A stretch of 64,000 nt of DNA from an uncultured Christensenella sp. (GTDB lineage Bacteria > Bacillota > Clostridia > Christensenellales > CAG-917). Of this stretch, positions 48,309 to 58,460 are shown piece by piece. The notes beneath the pieces are model-generated. The model did not search any database, was not told where the DNA came from, and saw only the letters and a list, made by a program, of their open reading frames with translations. Every line of letters begins with the position of its first letter. Within the stretch, counting starts at the first letter, position 1. The position numbers and the translations under genes are program-made. The stretch lies in NCBI GenBank assembly GCA_910584155.1, contig CAJTYG010000001.1:29663-93662 (forward strand). The letters run 5' to 3'.

Positions 48309-49564
48309 TCGCCCTCCTGACTGTCCGGCTGCAGCGAGCCGTTCTGAAGCACCGTCTGCGTTTGCTCGGCTTCCTCTTTCATACCCGCAAGCACGTTATC
48401 CGCAAGGCTGTCGGGTGCGTCGGGACGTACGGGCGGGTGCGGACAGTATTCGTCGCTTATGCACCCGTAGACGCCCGCATATTTTTTGCGTGCGTACAGT
48501 CCCACCGCAAAAAACATAAGCGGCAGCACTACAGCGAGCGCACTCAGAACGTAGCCCATCCACTGCAAAGAGAACTGCGCCACCGCCTGCGTCGATTTTG
48601 CAAACAGAGCGCAGCAGGCGACCGCTATCGGGAAGATTATCTTTGCGGGCATGCTGAAGCGGAACGCACGCTCCGCCGCCGCAGTGCAGCCGTAAAATAT
48701 AAACGATTGCGAAAGTATCGAGAGCGTGATGACCGCAAACAGATTTGTCCATTCCATTCTGCCTATATCCAGCGACAGTTGGTTGAAGCCCGCCAAGCGT
48801 ATAAGAAGATCCGTCACGGTCTTTAAGGCATCGCCGTATATCGCCACGCCGAGAAAGACCACAATGTTGATTATGGAAAATTTGAGGACGAGCCCTGTCG
48901 TCAGATAGGGCATACGTTTGTTTTTTATGCGCAGAAATGCAAACGGGATAACGTCGCCAAGCCACAGTCCGTAGCGGGGAAGTCCCGTGAAAAAATCCTT
49001 TGGCTTGACGGCGAATACGGGCAGATTGCGTCCTATATCCAACTCCGTTTCCAAAAAGACGAGGTTTAAAACTATCAGCACAAAAAACAGAGGCACAAAT
49101 ATTTCGCACGTCCTCGAAATTGAGCGTGCGCCCTTTATGCCCAAATATATGGCGGGGGAAAGCAGCAGCAGATAAAAGAGCGCAGGCTCCACTCCGCCAA
49201 ACTGCTCGTGCGCAAGATATGCGGCGCTGTAGCAAAAATAAAATACGCCCTTTAATATGAGCCACACCGAGCACGCCGCACAGCACAGTCTGTACGCTTT
49301 GCTGTTTGTAGCACGCAAAAGCAGGTCGCTTTGCGAGCGCACAAAGGCAAAGATAAATATTGTCAGAATTATCTCTATTGCAGTCAGTATCAGATATACC
49401 CACAGCGTGGACGAGCCGTAATGCTCGGATATCACGCCCGGCGCTGACGAAAGCTTAAATATCGTGCCCAGAGCAAGGACTATGCAGCCCGCCTGCGAGT
49501 TGTAAATGGTGTCGTTTGGCAAATGCTTGTAAATGCCGTGTTGTATCCTGCTTAATTGTTTCAT
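48305..49564 (-). CDS. Spore germination receptor, GerAB-family permease subunit
   Basis: 10-TM APC-like integral membrane protein located between the A and C subunits. Confidence 0.75.
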   Translation of the reverse strand: MKQLSRIQHGIYKHLPNDTIYNSQAGCIVLALGTIFKLSSAPGVISEHYGSSTLWVYLILTAIEIILTIFIFAFVRSQSDLLLRATNSKAYRLCCAACSVWLILKGVFYFCYSAAYLAHEQFGGVEPALFYLLLLSPAIYLGIKGARSISRTCEIFVPLFFVLIVLNLVFLETELDIGRNLPVFAVKPKDFFTGLPRYGLWLGDVIPFAFLRIKNKRMPYLTTGLVLKFSIINIVVFLGVAIYGDALKTVTDLLIRLAGFNQLSLDIGRMEWTNLFAVITLSILSQSFIFYGCTAAAERAFRFSMPAKIIFPIAVACCALFAKSTQAVAQFSLQWMGYVLSALAVVLPLMFFAVGLYARKKYAGVYGCISDEYCPHPPVRPDAPDSLADNVLAGMKEEAEQTQTVLQNGSLQPDSQEGE

Positions 49565-49567
49565 AGG

Positions 49568-51034
49568 TCAGTGTTTTGCGTTTTTCCTTATACGGGTGCG
49601 GTTTGCGGTGGGGATAGAATACGGCCGCCTTTCAATGGACGAGGTGCCGCTCTTTATCACGCCGTCCTGCAAATCGGGGTTGATACGTGGTGCGTAGGGC
49701 GCAAGATAGGGTGCGCCGAAGTTTTCAAGTCCCGCAAGATATGCGATGATGATGATTGCAAGTATGATCATTCCTACAAAGCCTGTCACTGCGCTTATGC
49801 ACAAAAACAGCAGTCGCAGTATGGACAGCGTGCCTACCTGATCGGGCACGCAGAATATGCCTATTGCCGACAGCGCTATAACGAGCACTGACGGCGAGGA
49901 AATAAGCCCCGATTTCACCGCCGTATCGCCAAGCACTATTGCGCCCACGACCGACAGCGATATGCCAAGATATCTCGGCATTCTGAGAGACGCCTGATTT
50001 AAAATTTCAAACAGTATGAGCACTATCAGCATTTCTATCGCAGGCGGGAAGGGGATTCCCGTTGTCGCCGCCATCAGCGTCATCAGAAATTTCAGCGGCA
50101 GCAGTTGAAAGTGATAGGTCTGAAGCGCAATGTACGCCCCCGGCAGCAGAACTGTCATAAGTGCGCCCATTATGCGGAAAATCCTTATCATCGTCGCACG
50201 CCAGTCCGCCGAGTAGTAGTCGTAGCCGTCCTGCACGTCCTCGAAAACGAGATAGGGCAGAGTCACCGCAATGGGCGAGCCGTCCACAAGTATCACTATG
50301 CGCCCCTCGAGCAGCTTTGCTTCGGCGACGTCCGGCTTTTCGGTCGTGCCCGTCTGCAGAAAAAAGGAATTCTTTTTTGTCTGTATAAACGACGTGATGT
50401 ATGCGCTGTCGATTATGCCGTCAATGTCTATGCGGCTTATCTTGTCGCATATGTTTTCAACCAGCTGCGGATCGGCAATGCCTCTCACATACAGCACGGA
50501 TACGGTCGTTGTGGAATACCGTCCCACCTGAAAAAATTTCACGGTGAAGTCGGGCGTTTTCAGCCTGCGGCGCATCACGGAAAGGTTTGTTTTCAATTCC
50601 TCTATAAAACCCTCTCTCGGACCTTTTAGCACGCTTGAGGTCGGGGGCTCGGTCACGGAGCGCTTTTCGGGCTTGCGCAGCGAAAACACGTATGCGTTTT
50701 CCTCGCCGTCTATCACAAATATGATGTCGCCCTCTGCTACTGCGCCTGCGCTGTTTGAAATGGGCAGGCTCGTTATCTCTTCAGAGTAGACGACAGTTTG
50801 CGTGATAGTATCGAGATACGGCGGCTCAAACTGCGTCAGATTGCGCAGCGGCAAAATGATGTCCTGCTCAAAAAGCTGTTTATCCGAGCCGCCGTCGATA
50901 TAGCAAAACACGCATTTTTTGCCTGCAACGGTAAGCTCACGGCACTTAAGGTCGTCGCTGTATGAAAAGGTTTCCTGTATCAAGGGTATAAATTCTTCTA
51001 TTTTCACATTTGGCAGTATTGACCATAGCGGCAT
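49568..51034 (-). CDS. Spore germination receptor, GerAA-family subunit
   Basis: Soluble N-terminal domain (...FCYIDGGSDKQLFEQDIILPL..., VTEPPTSSVLKGPREGFIE) followed by a 5-TM C-terminal domain, typical of GerA/KA proteins. Confidence 0.85.
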   Translation of the reverse strand: MPLWSILPNVKIEEFIPLIQETFSYSDDLKCRELTVAGKKCVFCYIDGGSDKQLFEQDIILPLRNLTQFEPPYLDTITQTVVYSEEITSLPISNSAGAVAEGDIIFVIDGEENAYVFSLRKPEKRSVTEPPTSSVLKGPREGFIEELKTNLSVMRRRLKTPDFTVKFFQVGRYSTTTVSVLYVRGIADPQLVENICDKISRIDIDGIIDSAYITSFIQTKKNSFFLQTGTTEKPDVAEAKLLEGRIVILVDGSPIAVTLPYLVFEDVQDGYDYYSADWRATMIRIFRIMGALMTVLLPGAYIALQTYHFQLLPLKFLMTLMAATTGIPFPPAIEMLIVLILFEILNQASLRMPRYLGISLSVVGAIVLGDTAVKSGLISSPSVLVIALSAIGIFCVPDQVGTLSILRLLFLCISAVTGFVGMIILAIIIIAYLAGLENFGAPYLAPYAPRINPDLQDGVIKSGTSSIERRPYSIPTANRTRIRKNAKH

Positions 51035-51218
51035 TTTATAAGCTCAAATCAAACAATAAAGTGCATTTTCGTGCAATTTATGCAAAAATTTACAAAAATC
51101 GGCAGGTTTTATCAAAATTCGTTTTTGCGGTTTCAGGCGGCGGTAAAGCCGATATTTACGGCGTTACCGTCAACGTCTGACGGGCGTAAATAGGTGTTTT
51201 CGGGTTGAACGATATCGC

Positions 51219-51248
51219 TTGACAAGGCGGCGGGTTGTTTATTATAAT
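51219..51248 (+). promoter_or_regulatory. Putative sigma-A promoter of the rpmH operon
   Basis: TTGACA (51219-51224), 18 nt, TATAAT (51243-51248), about 95 nt upstream of the rpmH ATG. Confidence 0.55.
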
Positions 51249-51343
51249 AGACAAGCATTTTATTTATATATAAAACAAAATAACTTGCGCTTAAAACAAA
51301 TACAAGCACTCGGCACATTGCCGAGCTACGGAGGAACAAGGAT

Positions 51344-51478
51344 ATGAAACAAACCTACCAACCCAAAAAGAGACAGAGAAACAAAGTGCACGGCTTCCGC
51401 AAGAGAATGAGCAGCAAGTCCGGAAGAAACGTTTTGCAGCGCCGCCGCAACAGGGGCAGAAAGAAGCTGTCCGCATAA
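51344..51478 (+). CDS. rpmH: 50S ribosomal protein L34
   Basis: Missed by the ORF track (44 aa). Reads [52 protein letters not shown] at 51330-51334. Confidence 0.95.
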   Translation: MKQTYQPKKRQRNKVHGFRKRMSSKSGRNVLQRRRNRGRKKLSA

Positions 51479-51482
51479 TGCG

Positions 51483-51818
51483 ATGCAAAGGCAGTATCGG
51501 CTTAAAAGACGGGCGTCCTTCGCATATGTATATCGCAAGGGCGAAAGGTCGTTCGCAAAGGACCTGCTACTGCTTAGCGCACGCTCGAGAGAGGGCTTGA
51601 AGATAGGGCTTTCCGTATCCAAAAAGGTGGGCAATGCCGTCACCCGCAACAGGGTGAAGCGCCTGCTGAGGGAAGCGGTCAAGCTCATCGAGGGCAGCAT
51701 AGACAGCGGTCGTATGTACGTTATCGTTGCCTATCCGTCAATAGTGGGGCTGCCCTTCAGGCAGGTTTGCGACGAGGTCGCAGCCGTATTTTCAAAGGCA
51801 GGCAAACTAAAATGTTAA
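51483..51818 (+). CDS. rnpA: Ribonuclease P protein component
   Basis: YRLKRRASFAYVYRKG...SVSKKVGNAVTRNRVKRLLREA (the RNR motif), directly after rpmH. Confidence 0.92.
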   Translation: MQRQYRLKRRASFAYVYRKGERSFAKDLLLLSARSREGLKIGLSVSKKVGNAVTRNRVKRLLREAVKLIEGSIDSGRMYVIVAYPSIVGLPFRQVCDEVAAVFSKAGKLKC

Positions 51819-52057
51819 AACGGCTTTGTCAGGCAATGCTGCTTGCGTACAAGCGCACGCTTTCGCCGCTTACGGGCAGGCACTGTGCGTATACGCCGAC
51901 GTGCTCTATGTATTCCTACGACGCTATCGAAAAATACGGTGCGATCGTCGGCATAGCGCTCACGGCAGGCAGGCTGCTTAGGTGCACGCCGTTTTCAAAG
52001 GGCGGCTTCAACCCCGTCAAAGAAAATTATCGAGGAAGGATCAAATGGCTTATATAG
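51812..52057 (+). CDS. yidD: Membrane protein insertion efficiency factor YidD
   Basis: LLAYKRTLSPLTGRHCAYTPTCSMYSYDAIEKYG...RLLRCTPFSKGGFNPV. Start placed at the internal ATG overlapping the rnpA stop. Confidence 0.9.
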   Translation: MLKRLCQAMLLAYKRTLSPLTGRHCAYTPTCSMYSYDAIEKYGAIVGIALTAGRLLRCTPFSKGGFNPVKENYRGRIKWLI

Positions 52058-53262
52058 GCTATGAACGCAAGCGCAAGCTGCAGATATATCTGCTTACGGC
52101 ACTCATTTTGCTGTGCTGTCTTATGCTGGTTGCGTGCAACAGCGACAACTCATACAGTGTGGAGGGCGACGTTGTGCAGGCGCCCACTCACTTTATGGCA
52201 AAGTTTATGCTTGTCATAAACAACAGTATGGGCGGAGGCACCGTCAGCTTTGGCTGGACAGTGGTCGTGTTTACGATAGTTTTGCGTTTGATACTTTCTC
52301 CGCTCGACATATGGCAAAAGGTCATCGCCCGCAAAAATGCAAAGGCGATGGAGCGTATGAAGCCTCAGCTTGAGGCTTTGCAGGCAAAATACGGCGAGGA
52401 CAAGGTACGTCTTCAGCAGGAGCAGAAAAACCTTTATAAAAAGGAAAAATATTCCATGATGGGCATGTGCCTGCCCACGATAATCACATTCGTGGTGTTT
52501 TTCGTCGTGTTTGCGGGCTTCCGTCAGATGGTGGGCTTCCAGTTTGCGCAGGACTACAAGACAAGCCAGCAGGTCTATCAGCAGGCGATAAGTGCCGAGA
52601 TAGACGCTGCCTACGGCGACTTAAACGCCGACGGCAAGTTTGACAGAGACGACGTGCCGAATACAGAGGAAGGCGCAGCGTTCTATGCGGGCGCAAAGGA
52701 TAAGGCTCAGCAGGCGGTCTATGATGCGTACTACTCGGACGAGCACAAAAACGTGCGTAGCTGGCTTTGGATAAAAAATATTTTCGTAGGCGACAACTGG
52801 TCCGCCGCAGTGCCCGATTTCACTACGGTCACGGGGCAGTCGGGCTTTGCCAACTCAAGGCTTGCGGGCATAACGATAGACGAGTACAACGACGTTATGG
52901 GCAAGGTCATAGGCACGGGCGGCTACGGCAAAAACGGCAAGTGGAACGGCTTGCTCATTCTGCCCGTCCTGTCAATAGTGTTAAGCTTCGTGTCGCAAAA
53001 GCTTATGTCAAAGGCGCAGGGTCAGCCTCCCGTCGCATCGGGTGACGCCGCAGGCGCAAATCAGCAGTCAATGAAGATGATGCAGTGGATGATGCCCATT
53101 ATGATGGGCGTGTTCGGCTTGCTGTATTCGGGCGCATTTGCGCTTTATATGTTTACGTCCTCGCTTACGGCTATACTTTTCCAACTCGTGTTTACGCTGA
53201 TAGGAAATATCGTAGACCGTACTCGTGGCGACAAGCCAAATCCCAACATTGCAAAGAGATAG
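52045..53262 (+). CDS. yidC: Membrane protein insertase YidC (lipoprotein type, SpoIIIJ/YidC-like)
   Basis: Lipobox LMLVAC. WTVVVFTIVLRLILSPLDIWQ is the conserved TM2 region, followed by MKPQLEALQAKYG. Basic C-terminus. Start at ATG 52045, after a GAGGAAGGA RBS. Confidence 0.9.
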   Translation: MAYIGYERKRKLQIYLLTALILLCCLMLVACNSDNSYSVEGDVVQAPTHFMAKFMLVINNSMGGGTVSFGWTVVVFTIVLRLILSPLDIWQKVIARKNAKAMERMKPQLEALQAKYGEDKVRLQQEQKNLYKKEKYSMMGMCLPTIITFVVFFVVFAGFRQMVGFQFAQDYKTSQQVYQQAISAEIDAAYGDLNADGKFDRDDVPNTEEGAAFYAGAKDKAQQAVYDAYYSDEHKNVRSWLWIKNIFVGDNWSAAVPDFTTVTGQSGFANSRLAGITIDEYNDVMGKVIGTGGYGKNGKWNGLLILPVLSIVLSFVSQKLMSKAQGQPPVASGDAAGANQQSMKMMQWMMPIMMGVFGLLYSGAFALYMFTSSLTAILFQLVFTLIGNIVDRTRGDKPNPNIAKR

Positions 53263-53269
53263 GAGAAAT

Positions 53270-54151
53270 ATGGACAAATTTGCAGAAACGCAAGCGAGCA
53301 GCGTAGAGCTCGCCGTAGAAAAAGCGCTTGAGCAGCTCAATGTGTCGAGAGAAGACGTCGACGTCGAGATACTCTCAAAGGGCGGGCTTTTCTCAAAGGC
53401 AAAGGTGCGTGTTACGGTAAAGGAAAGCATTTCGGAAAAAATGGCGAAATTTATCAACGGCACGCTCGAGCATATGGGGCTTAAATCCCGTGCGACCGTC
53501 ACCGACGAAAACAATACCTTATTTGTAAAGATAGAGGGCGAGGACAGCGGCACGGTCATAGGCTACAGAGGCGAGGTGCTGGACGCATTCCAATATCTTG
53601 CGCTCACATTCCTCAACGAAAACAAGGCGGAATTCAAAAAGGTCGTCGTAGATTGCGAAAACTACCGTGATAAGCGCAGAGAAACCCTCACAGCGCTTGC
53701 GCTGAGACTTGCCGAAAAATCGGTCAGACTTTGCCGCAAGATACAGCTTGAGCCTATGAATCCGTTTGAGCGCCGCATAATTCACAGCGCACTTGCCGAC
53801 AGCAAGATCGCAAGGACGGAAAGCGAGGGCGAGGATCAAAACCGTCACATCGTCATCATTCCGATAGGCGTAGAGCTCAAGGACGAGCGTCCTTTGAAAA
53901 ACGGCGAGCGTGAGAGCAGTCGCAGCGGAAAGGACGGCAATCGCAGAGGCGGCAAGCGTGACGACAGACACGGACGTGGCGATAAGCGCAGCCGTAACGG
54001 CAGAGAGCGCAAGCCCCGTGAGGACGAGCCCGAGGTCGAGGACGGCAACGTATATCTCGGATATATCACAGGTCAGGACGATTTTGTAAAGCCGACTCCG
54101 CAGGGAGGCTTCCCAAAGTATAAGAGCTTTGGCGGCAAAAAGAGATTTTGA
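53270..54151 (+). CDS. jag: Jag/KhpB RNA-binding protein (Jag_N + KH + R3H)
   Basis: SSVELAVEKALEQLNVSREDVDVEIL (Jag_N), GTVIGYRGEVLDAFQYL (KH) and MNPFERRIIHSAL (R3H). Has an unusual Arg/Gly/Asp/Lys-rich C-terminal extension. Confidence 0.88.
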   Translation: MDKFAETQASSVELAVEKALEQLNVSREDVDVEILSKGGLFSKAKVRVTVKESISEKMAKFINGTLEHMGLKSRATVTDENNTLFVKIEGEDSGTVIGYRGEVLDAFQYLALTFLNENKAEFKKVVVDCENYRDKRRETLTALALRLAEKSVRLCRKIQLEPMNPFERRIIHSALADSKIARTESEGEDQNRHIVIIPIGVELKDERPLKNGERESSRSGKDGNRRGGKRDDRHGRGDKRSRNGRERKPREDEPEVEDGNVYLGYITGQDDFVKPTPQGGFPKYKSFGGKKRF

Positions 54152-55491
54152 TGAAAACAATAGCGGCAATTTCGACACCGATAGGTGCGGGTGGTATCGG
54201 CATAGTGCGTGTATCGGGCAACGATGCGCTTGGCATAGCCGATGCCATTTTCAATTTTGGCAAACAAACCTCACGTGTGCGTATGGGCGGAAAGCCTGTG
54301 CTGCAAAAGTGGGAGCCTCTCAAAATGCACTTCGGCACCTTTGTTGCAAAGGATTTTTGCGACAGAGGCTATGCGGTGTATTTTCCTGCGGCGCAGGCAT
54401 ATACGGGAGAGGACACAGTTGAATTTTATCTGCACGGTGGCGTGCGCATCATGCAGGGCGCACTCAATACCTTGCTTGAGGAAGGCGCCGTACTTGCCGA
54501 GCACGGCGAGTTTACAAAGCGTGCGTTTATGTCCGGCAGGCTGTCGCTTGCCGACGCAGAGGGCGTCATAGATATGATAAACGCAGACAGCTCTGCGGGC
54601 CTGCGTGCCGCATACAGGCTCATGGACGGCAAGGTGGCAGGCGCAGTCGACGTCATCTTCAAACAGCTAGAGGATGTCATTGCGGGGCTTGAGGCTACGC
54701 TTGACTATCCCGACGAAACAGAGGACGAGGTGTTGCCTCCGCTCGCAGGCGAGATAGACGAGTGTATATCCAAAATAGACGCCTTGCTTGCGACGGCAGC
54801 GCAGGGCAGAATAGCAAAGCACGGCATAAACGTGGTGCTCGCAGGCAGCGTAAACGCAGGCAAATCGTCGCTTATGAACGCTATGCTCAAAAAGGAGCGT
54901 GCCATCGTTGCTGACGTTGCGGGCACTACCCGTGACACCGTTGAGGACAGCTTGGAATATAACGGCGTGCGTATCAATCTTGTGGATACGGCAGGTCTGC
55001 GTGACAGTGACGACGTTGTGGAAGCGCAGGGCGTCGTGCGTGCCAAGCGTGCCGTTGAGGGTGCGGATATAGTGTTGCATGTCATAGATAAAACCGCCCC
55101 CTGCGATGACGGATTTGATTTTTACGGCAAAAAGGTGTTTACGGTGTTCAACAAGTGCGATATAGGCGGCTTCGCCATACCCCGCATAGCGTATGCGTTT
55201 GCCGTCAGTGCAAAAACAGGCGAGGGCGTGGACAGCCTTATAAGTGCGATAGCCTCAACTTACAACGAGCGCTCGGGCGGCGGCGAACTTATCACCAACG
55301 AGCGGCACATTTCTGCACTTCTTTCCGCAAAGCGTGCGCTTGAAAGCGCCAAGCAGGGGCTTGCTTACACCGTCGATTGCACCCTTATCGATTTACGTCA
55401 AGCTTATGACGCCTTAGGGCAGATCACAGGCAAAACTGCGACGGAAGATATAGTGAACGCTATATTTTCTAAGTTCTGTATAGGAAAATAA
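54148..55491 (+). CDS. mnmE: tRNA modification GTPase MnmE (TrmE)
   Basis: TIAAISTPIGAGGIGIVRVSG, GSVNAGKSSLMNAML (G1), DTAGLR (G3) and the C-terminal FCIGK motif. Confidence 0.95.
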   Translation: MMKTIAAISTPIGAGGIGIVRVSGNDALGIADAIFNFGKQTSRVRMGGKPVLQKWEPLKMHFGTFVAKDFCDRGYAVYFPAAQAYTGEDTVEFYLHGGVRIMQGALNTLLEEGAVLAEHGEFTKRAFMSGRLSLADAEGVIDMINADSSAGLRAAYRLMDGKVAGAVDVIFKQLEDVIAGLEATLDYPDETEDEVLPPLAGEIDECISKIDALLATAAQGRIAKHGINVVLAGSVNAGKSSLMNAMLKKERAIVADVAGTTRDTVEDSLEYNGVRINLVDTAGLRDSDDVVEAQGVVRAKRAVEGADIVLHVIDKTAPCDDGFDFYGKKVFTVFNKCDIGGFAIPRIAYAFAVSAKTGEGVDSLISAIASTYNERSGGGELITNERHISALLSAKRALESAKQGLAYTVDCTLIDLRQAYDALGQITGKTATEDIVNAIFSKFCIGK

Positions 55492-55524
55492 CGGAATTTT
55501 GTATATGGTATTTAAGCTAACACT

Positions 55525-57369
55525 ATGGAAAATTATGATGTTATAGTCATAGGCGGCGGGCACGCCGGTGTTGAAGCAAGTCTTGCGGCGGCAAGGCTCA
55601 ATAAGCATACGCTTATGCTTTGCCAAAGCTACGGCACGGTGGCAAATATGCCCTGCAATCCTGCTATCGGCGGAACCGCAAAGGGACATCTTGTCAGAGA
55701 AATCGACGCACTCGGCGGACAGATGGGACTGACTGCGGATATGGCTTTGCTACAAGTCAAGACTCTCAATTCCGCCAAAGGACCTGCGGTTTTTTCGCTT
55801 AGAGGGCAGGAGGACAAGGCTAAATATCATGAGCTTATGCTTGACACAGTTTTGCATACGGACAATCTCACCGTGCTGCCCGAAGAATGTGCCGAAATTT
55901 TGGCTGCTGACGGCGCTGTTATAGGCGTACGTACGACAGACGGTGTAGAATACGGAGCAAAAGCCGTCGTGCTTGCAACAGGGGTTTATCTCAACAGCAC
56001 AATCATCACGGGCGAAAGCGTAAAGGAAAGCGGTCCGAGCGGCTTTGACAGCGCAAGGCAGCTCACGGACAGCCTCTTAAAGCTCGGCATACCTATGCGC
56101 AGATTTAAGACGGGTACGCCTGCGAGAATTTATCGCAGCAGCATAGATTTTGACAAAATGCAAATACAGCTCGGCGACGACAGCGACAGGTTTTCGTTTA
56201 TGTCGTCGCACGCAACCTATAGGGAAGAGCCGTGTTGGCTTACCTATACCAACGCACGCACGCACGAGGTCATATTTAAAAATTTGGAGCGCAGTCCGCT
56301 TTACAACGGCACGATACAGGGCATAGGACCTCGCTACTGTCCGTCTATCGAGACAAAGGTCGTTCGCTTTAAGGATAAGGAAAGACATCAGATTTTTGTA
56401 GAGCCCGAGGGACAGGACAGCGACGAAATGTATATTCAAGGTATGTCTACCTCGCTTCCCTCCGACGTGCAGGAGGAAATGTATCGCACTATAGAGGGGC
56501 TCGAGCATTGCGAGTTTGCAAAATACGGCTATGCCATAGAGTATGACTGCCTCGATCCGCTGTGCCTGTATCCGTCGCTCGAATGTAAACAGCTTAAGGG
56601 ACTTTTTACGGCAGGTCAGATAAACGGAAGCAGTGGCTATGAGGAAGCGGGTGCGCAAGGGCTCATCGCAGGTATAAACGCCGTGCGCTCAATAGATAAA
56701 AAGCCGCCTGTGGTGCTTGGAAGAGACGAGGCGTACATAGGTGTGCTCATTGACGATTTGGTGACAAAAGGCACAAACGAACCCTACAGAATGATGACCG
56801 CACGTGCGGAGCACCGCATAATGCTCAGGCAGGATAATGCCGATATGCGCCTTACGCCTCTCGGATACGAAATAGGTTTGGCAAGCGAGGCAAGATTTGC
56901 ACGGTTGCAGCAGAAAAAAGCAATTATGGCATTGATATTCGCACAAAAGGACAAAGCAGTGGACAGAGATAAAGCGGCGGCTTTGTTTGATAAGCTCGGC
57001 GAGCCTATGCCGCAAAAAACGCCTACTCTCGGCGAAATTTGCAGACGTCCCGCAGTATGTGTAGACGATGTTTCGCCGTTTTTGAGCTTCGAGTGTGAAA
57101 AGGAAGCACTAAACGCCGCCGTCATCGAAATGAAATACGAGGGCTATCTCAAAAAAGAGCAAAGCGCCGTTGCCGAGCAAAAGCGCTTAGAGGGCAAGCT
57201 CATTCCGCCCGATTTCAATTATGACCAAATAAAAGCCCTGCGCATAGAAGCACGCCAAAAGCTAAGCGAAATACGCCCCCTCAACCTCGGACAAGCATCC
57301 CGCATATCCGGCGTTTCCCCCGCAGACATCGCCGTACTCATAGTAGCAATGCAAAAGCACGGCAACTGA
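55525..57369 (+). CDS. mnmG: tRNA uridine-5-carboxymethylaminomethyl synthesis enzyme MnmG (GidA)
   Basis: YDVIVIGGGHAGVEASLAAARL (FAD-binding), NPAIGGTAKGHLVREIDALGG, GPRYCPSIE and GQINGSSGYEEAGAQG. Confidence 0.97.
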   Translation: MENYDVIVIGGGHAGVEASLAAARLNKHTLMLCQSYGTVANMPCNPAIGGTAKGHLVREIDALGGQMGLTADMALLQVKTLNSAKGPAVFSLRGQEDKAKYHELMLDTVLHTDNLTVLPEECAEILAADGAVIGVRTTDGVEYGAKAVVLATGVYLNSTIITGESVKESGPSGFDSARQLTDSLLKLGIPMRRFKTGTPARIYRSSIDFDKMQIQLGDDSDRFSFMSSHATYREEPCWLTYTNARTHEVIFKNLERSPLYNGTIQGIGPRYCPSIETKVVRFKDKERHQIFVEPEGQDSDEMYIQGMSTSLPSDVQEEMYRTIEGLEHCEFAKYGYAIEYDCLDPLCLYPSLECKQLKGLFTAGQINGSSGYEEAGAQGLIAGINAVRSIDKKPPVVLGRDEAYIGVLIDDLVTKGTNEPYRMMTARAEHRIMLRQDNADMRLTPLGYEIGLASEARFARLQQKKAIMALIFAQKDKAVDRDKAAALFDKLGEPMPQKTPTLGEICRRPAVCVDDVSPFLSFECEKEALNAAVIEMKYEGYLKKEQSAVAEQKRLEGKLIPPDFNYDQIKALRIEARQKLSEIRPLNLGQASRISGVSPADIAVLIVAMQKHGN

Positions 57370-57402
57370 GTTGTCATTGATTATTGATATAAGAGGTATA
57401 TC

Positions 57403-58161
57403 ATGAACAAAGTGCAAATGATATTAAAAGCAAAAACTTATATGGAATTTATGGCTCATTCAATCGATCCGACCACTCAGGAAGATGTTGAAGACTCAGT
57501 GCTGCAAAAATGTGAAATCAAAGATATGTTTTTATTTATAGCTTCTTTACTGGATGAACTTATTAAAAATAACGGAGAGGTTATAAATGTTGCCTCTCCT
57601 ATTGAATTTTCAATAGATAAAATAAATAAAAATATGATTGCCGTTTCGGAGCAGCCTATTTAAATAGACGGATTTGTAAGACGTATCAATAGCCAAGTGG
57701 ATAAAACCAAAATGAAAACATTCAAGCCTTCACGGCTTACAGAGTGGTTGTTAAATAACGGATTTTTAAATAAGGATAAAAAAACTGTCGTGAAAAATCA
57801 AACAGTTTATACCGTGACCTCTACTTCATCGGACATTGGAATTATCGAGCAAGAAAAAACAAATTCAGAAACAGGAGAAATAGATAAAACAATCGTTTTA
57901 ACTAAAACGGCACAAGAATTCATTGTAGAAAATTTAGAAAGTATTATGGGACTTTCAGAGGATATAAAGGCTCCGAATCATGATATTGTATATCCGACAT
58001 CAGATATGGTCGGGCAAAGATGGACTGAAGAAGAACAGCAAAGACTGATTTGTGAGTTTGTTAATGAAAAGTTAACAATAGAACAAATTGCCCGTCTTCA
58101 TCAAAGAAAATCAGGCGGAATAAAATCACGCTTAATAAAATTAGAGTTGATAGAAAAATGA
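57403..58161 (+). pseudogene. Gene split by a single in-frame TAA (57661-57663); C-terminal Myb/HTH_40-like helix-turn-helix
   Basis: ORFs 57403-57663 and 57697-58161 are in the same frame. The read-through text is ...AVSEQPI*IDGFVRRINSQVDKTKMKTFKPSRLTEWLLNNGFL.... The C-terminus is WTEEEQQRLICEFVNEKLTIEQIARLHQRKSGGIKSRLIKLELI. It resembles the C-terminal accessory region of RecQ/RecD-like helicases (assignment from memory). Confidence 0.45.
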
Positions 58162-58460
58162 AAATTTAAATTGTTACATAATCTTTAGATATTAAAAGTG
58201 TGATGGGCTGTCTCATTTTGTTCTGCAGAAAAACAAAATTAAGTGTAAATGAAAAATGATAGAGCATGAATAATCCTTGCCCAATCTTATCAAACATAAA
58301 CTTAATTCAAATTAAATTTATATAAGGCAAGAATTTGCGAAATTCCGAATTTTTTACATATAAGAAAAAGTTTGGGATAGTGGTGGCGATAGAGTGAGTA
58401 TATTCTCATTATTTATGTTGGCTTAGAGGTAAGATAAATTTGCAATACTATGTAGTTCTT

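Noticed and set aside
48396-49403. 335-aa minus-strand alternative-frame ORF within the gerAB-like gene, and 46230-46734 ORFs within the hydrolase gene
   Set aside because: They are out of frame with, or antisense to, genes with better support. Arg/Cys-rich translations indicate non-coding frames.
51035-51343. gerAA-rpmH intergenic region as the canonical rpmH-side oriC
   Set aside because: It contains a good promoter for rpmH, but no DnaA-box cluster or marked AT-rich unwinding element could be recognised.
54066-55085. Several 60-140-aa ORFs on both strands within mnmE and the jag C-terminus
   Set aside because: They are shadow or alternative-frame ORFs inside genes with strong motif support.
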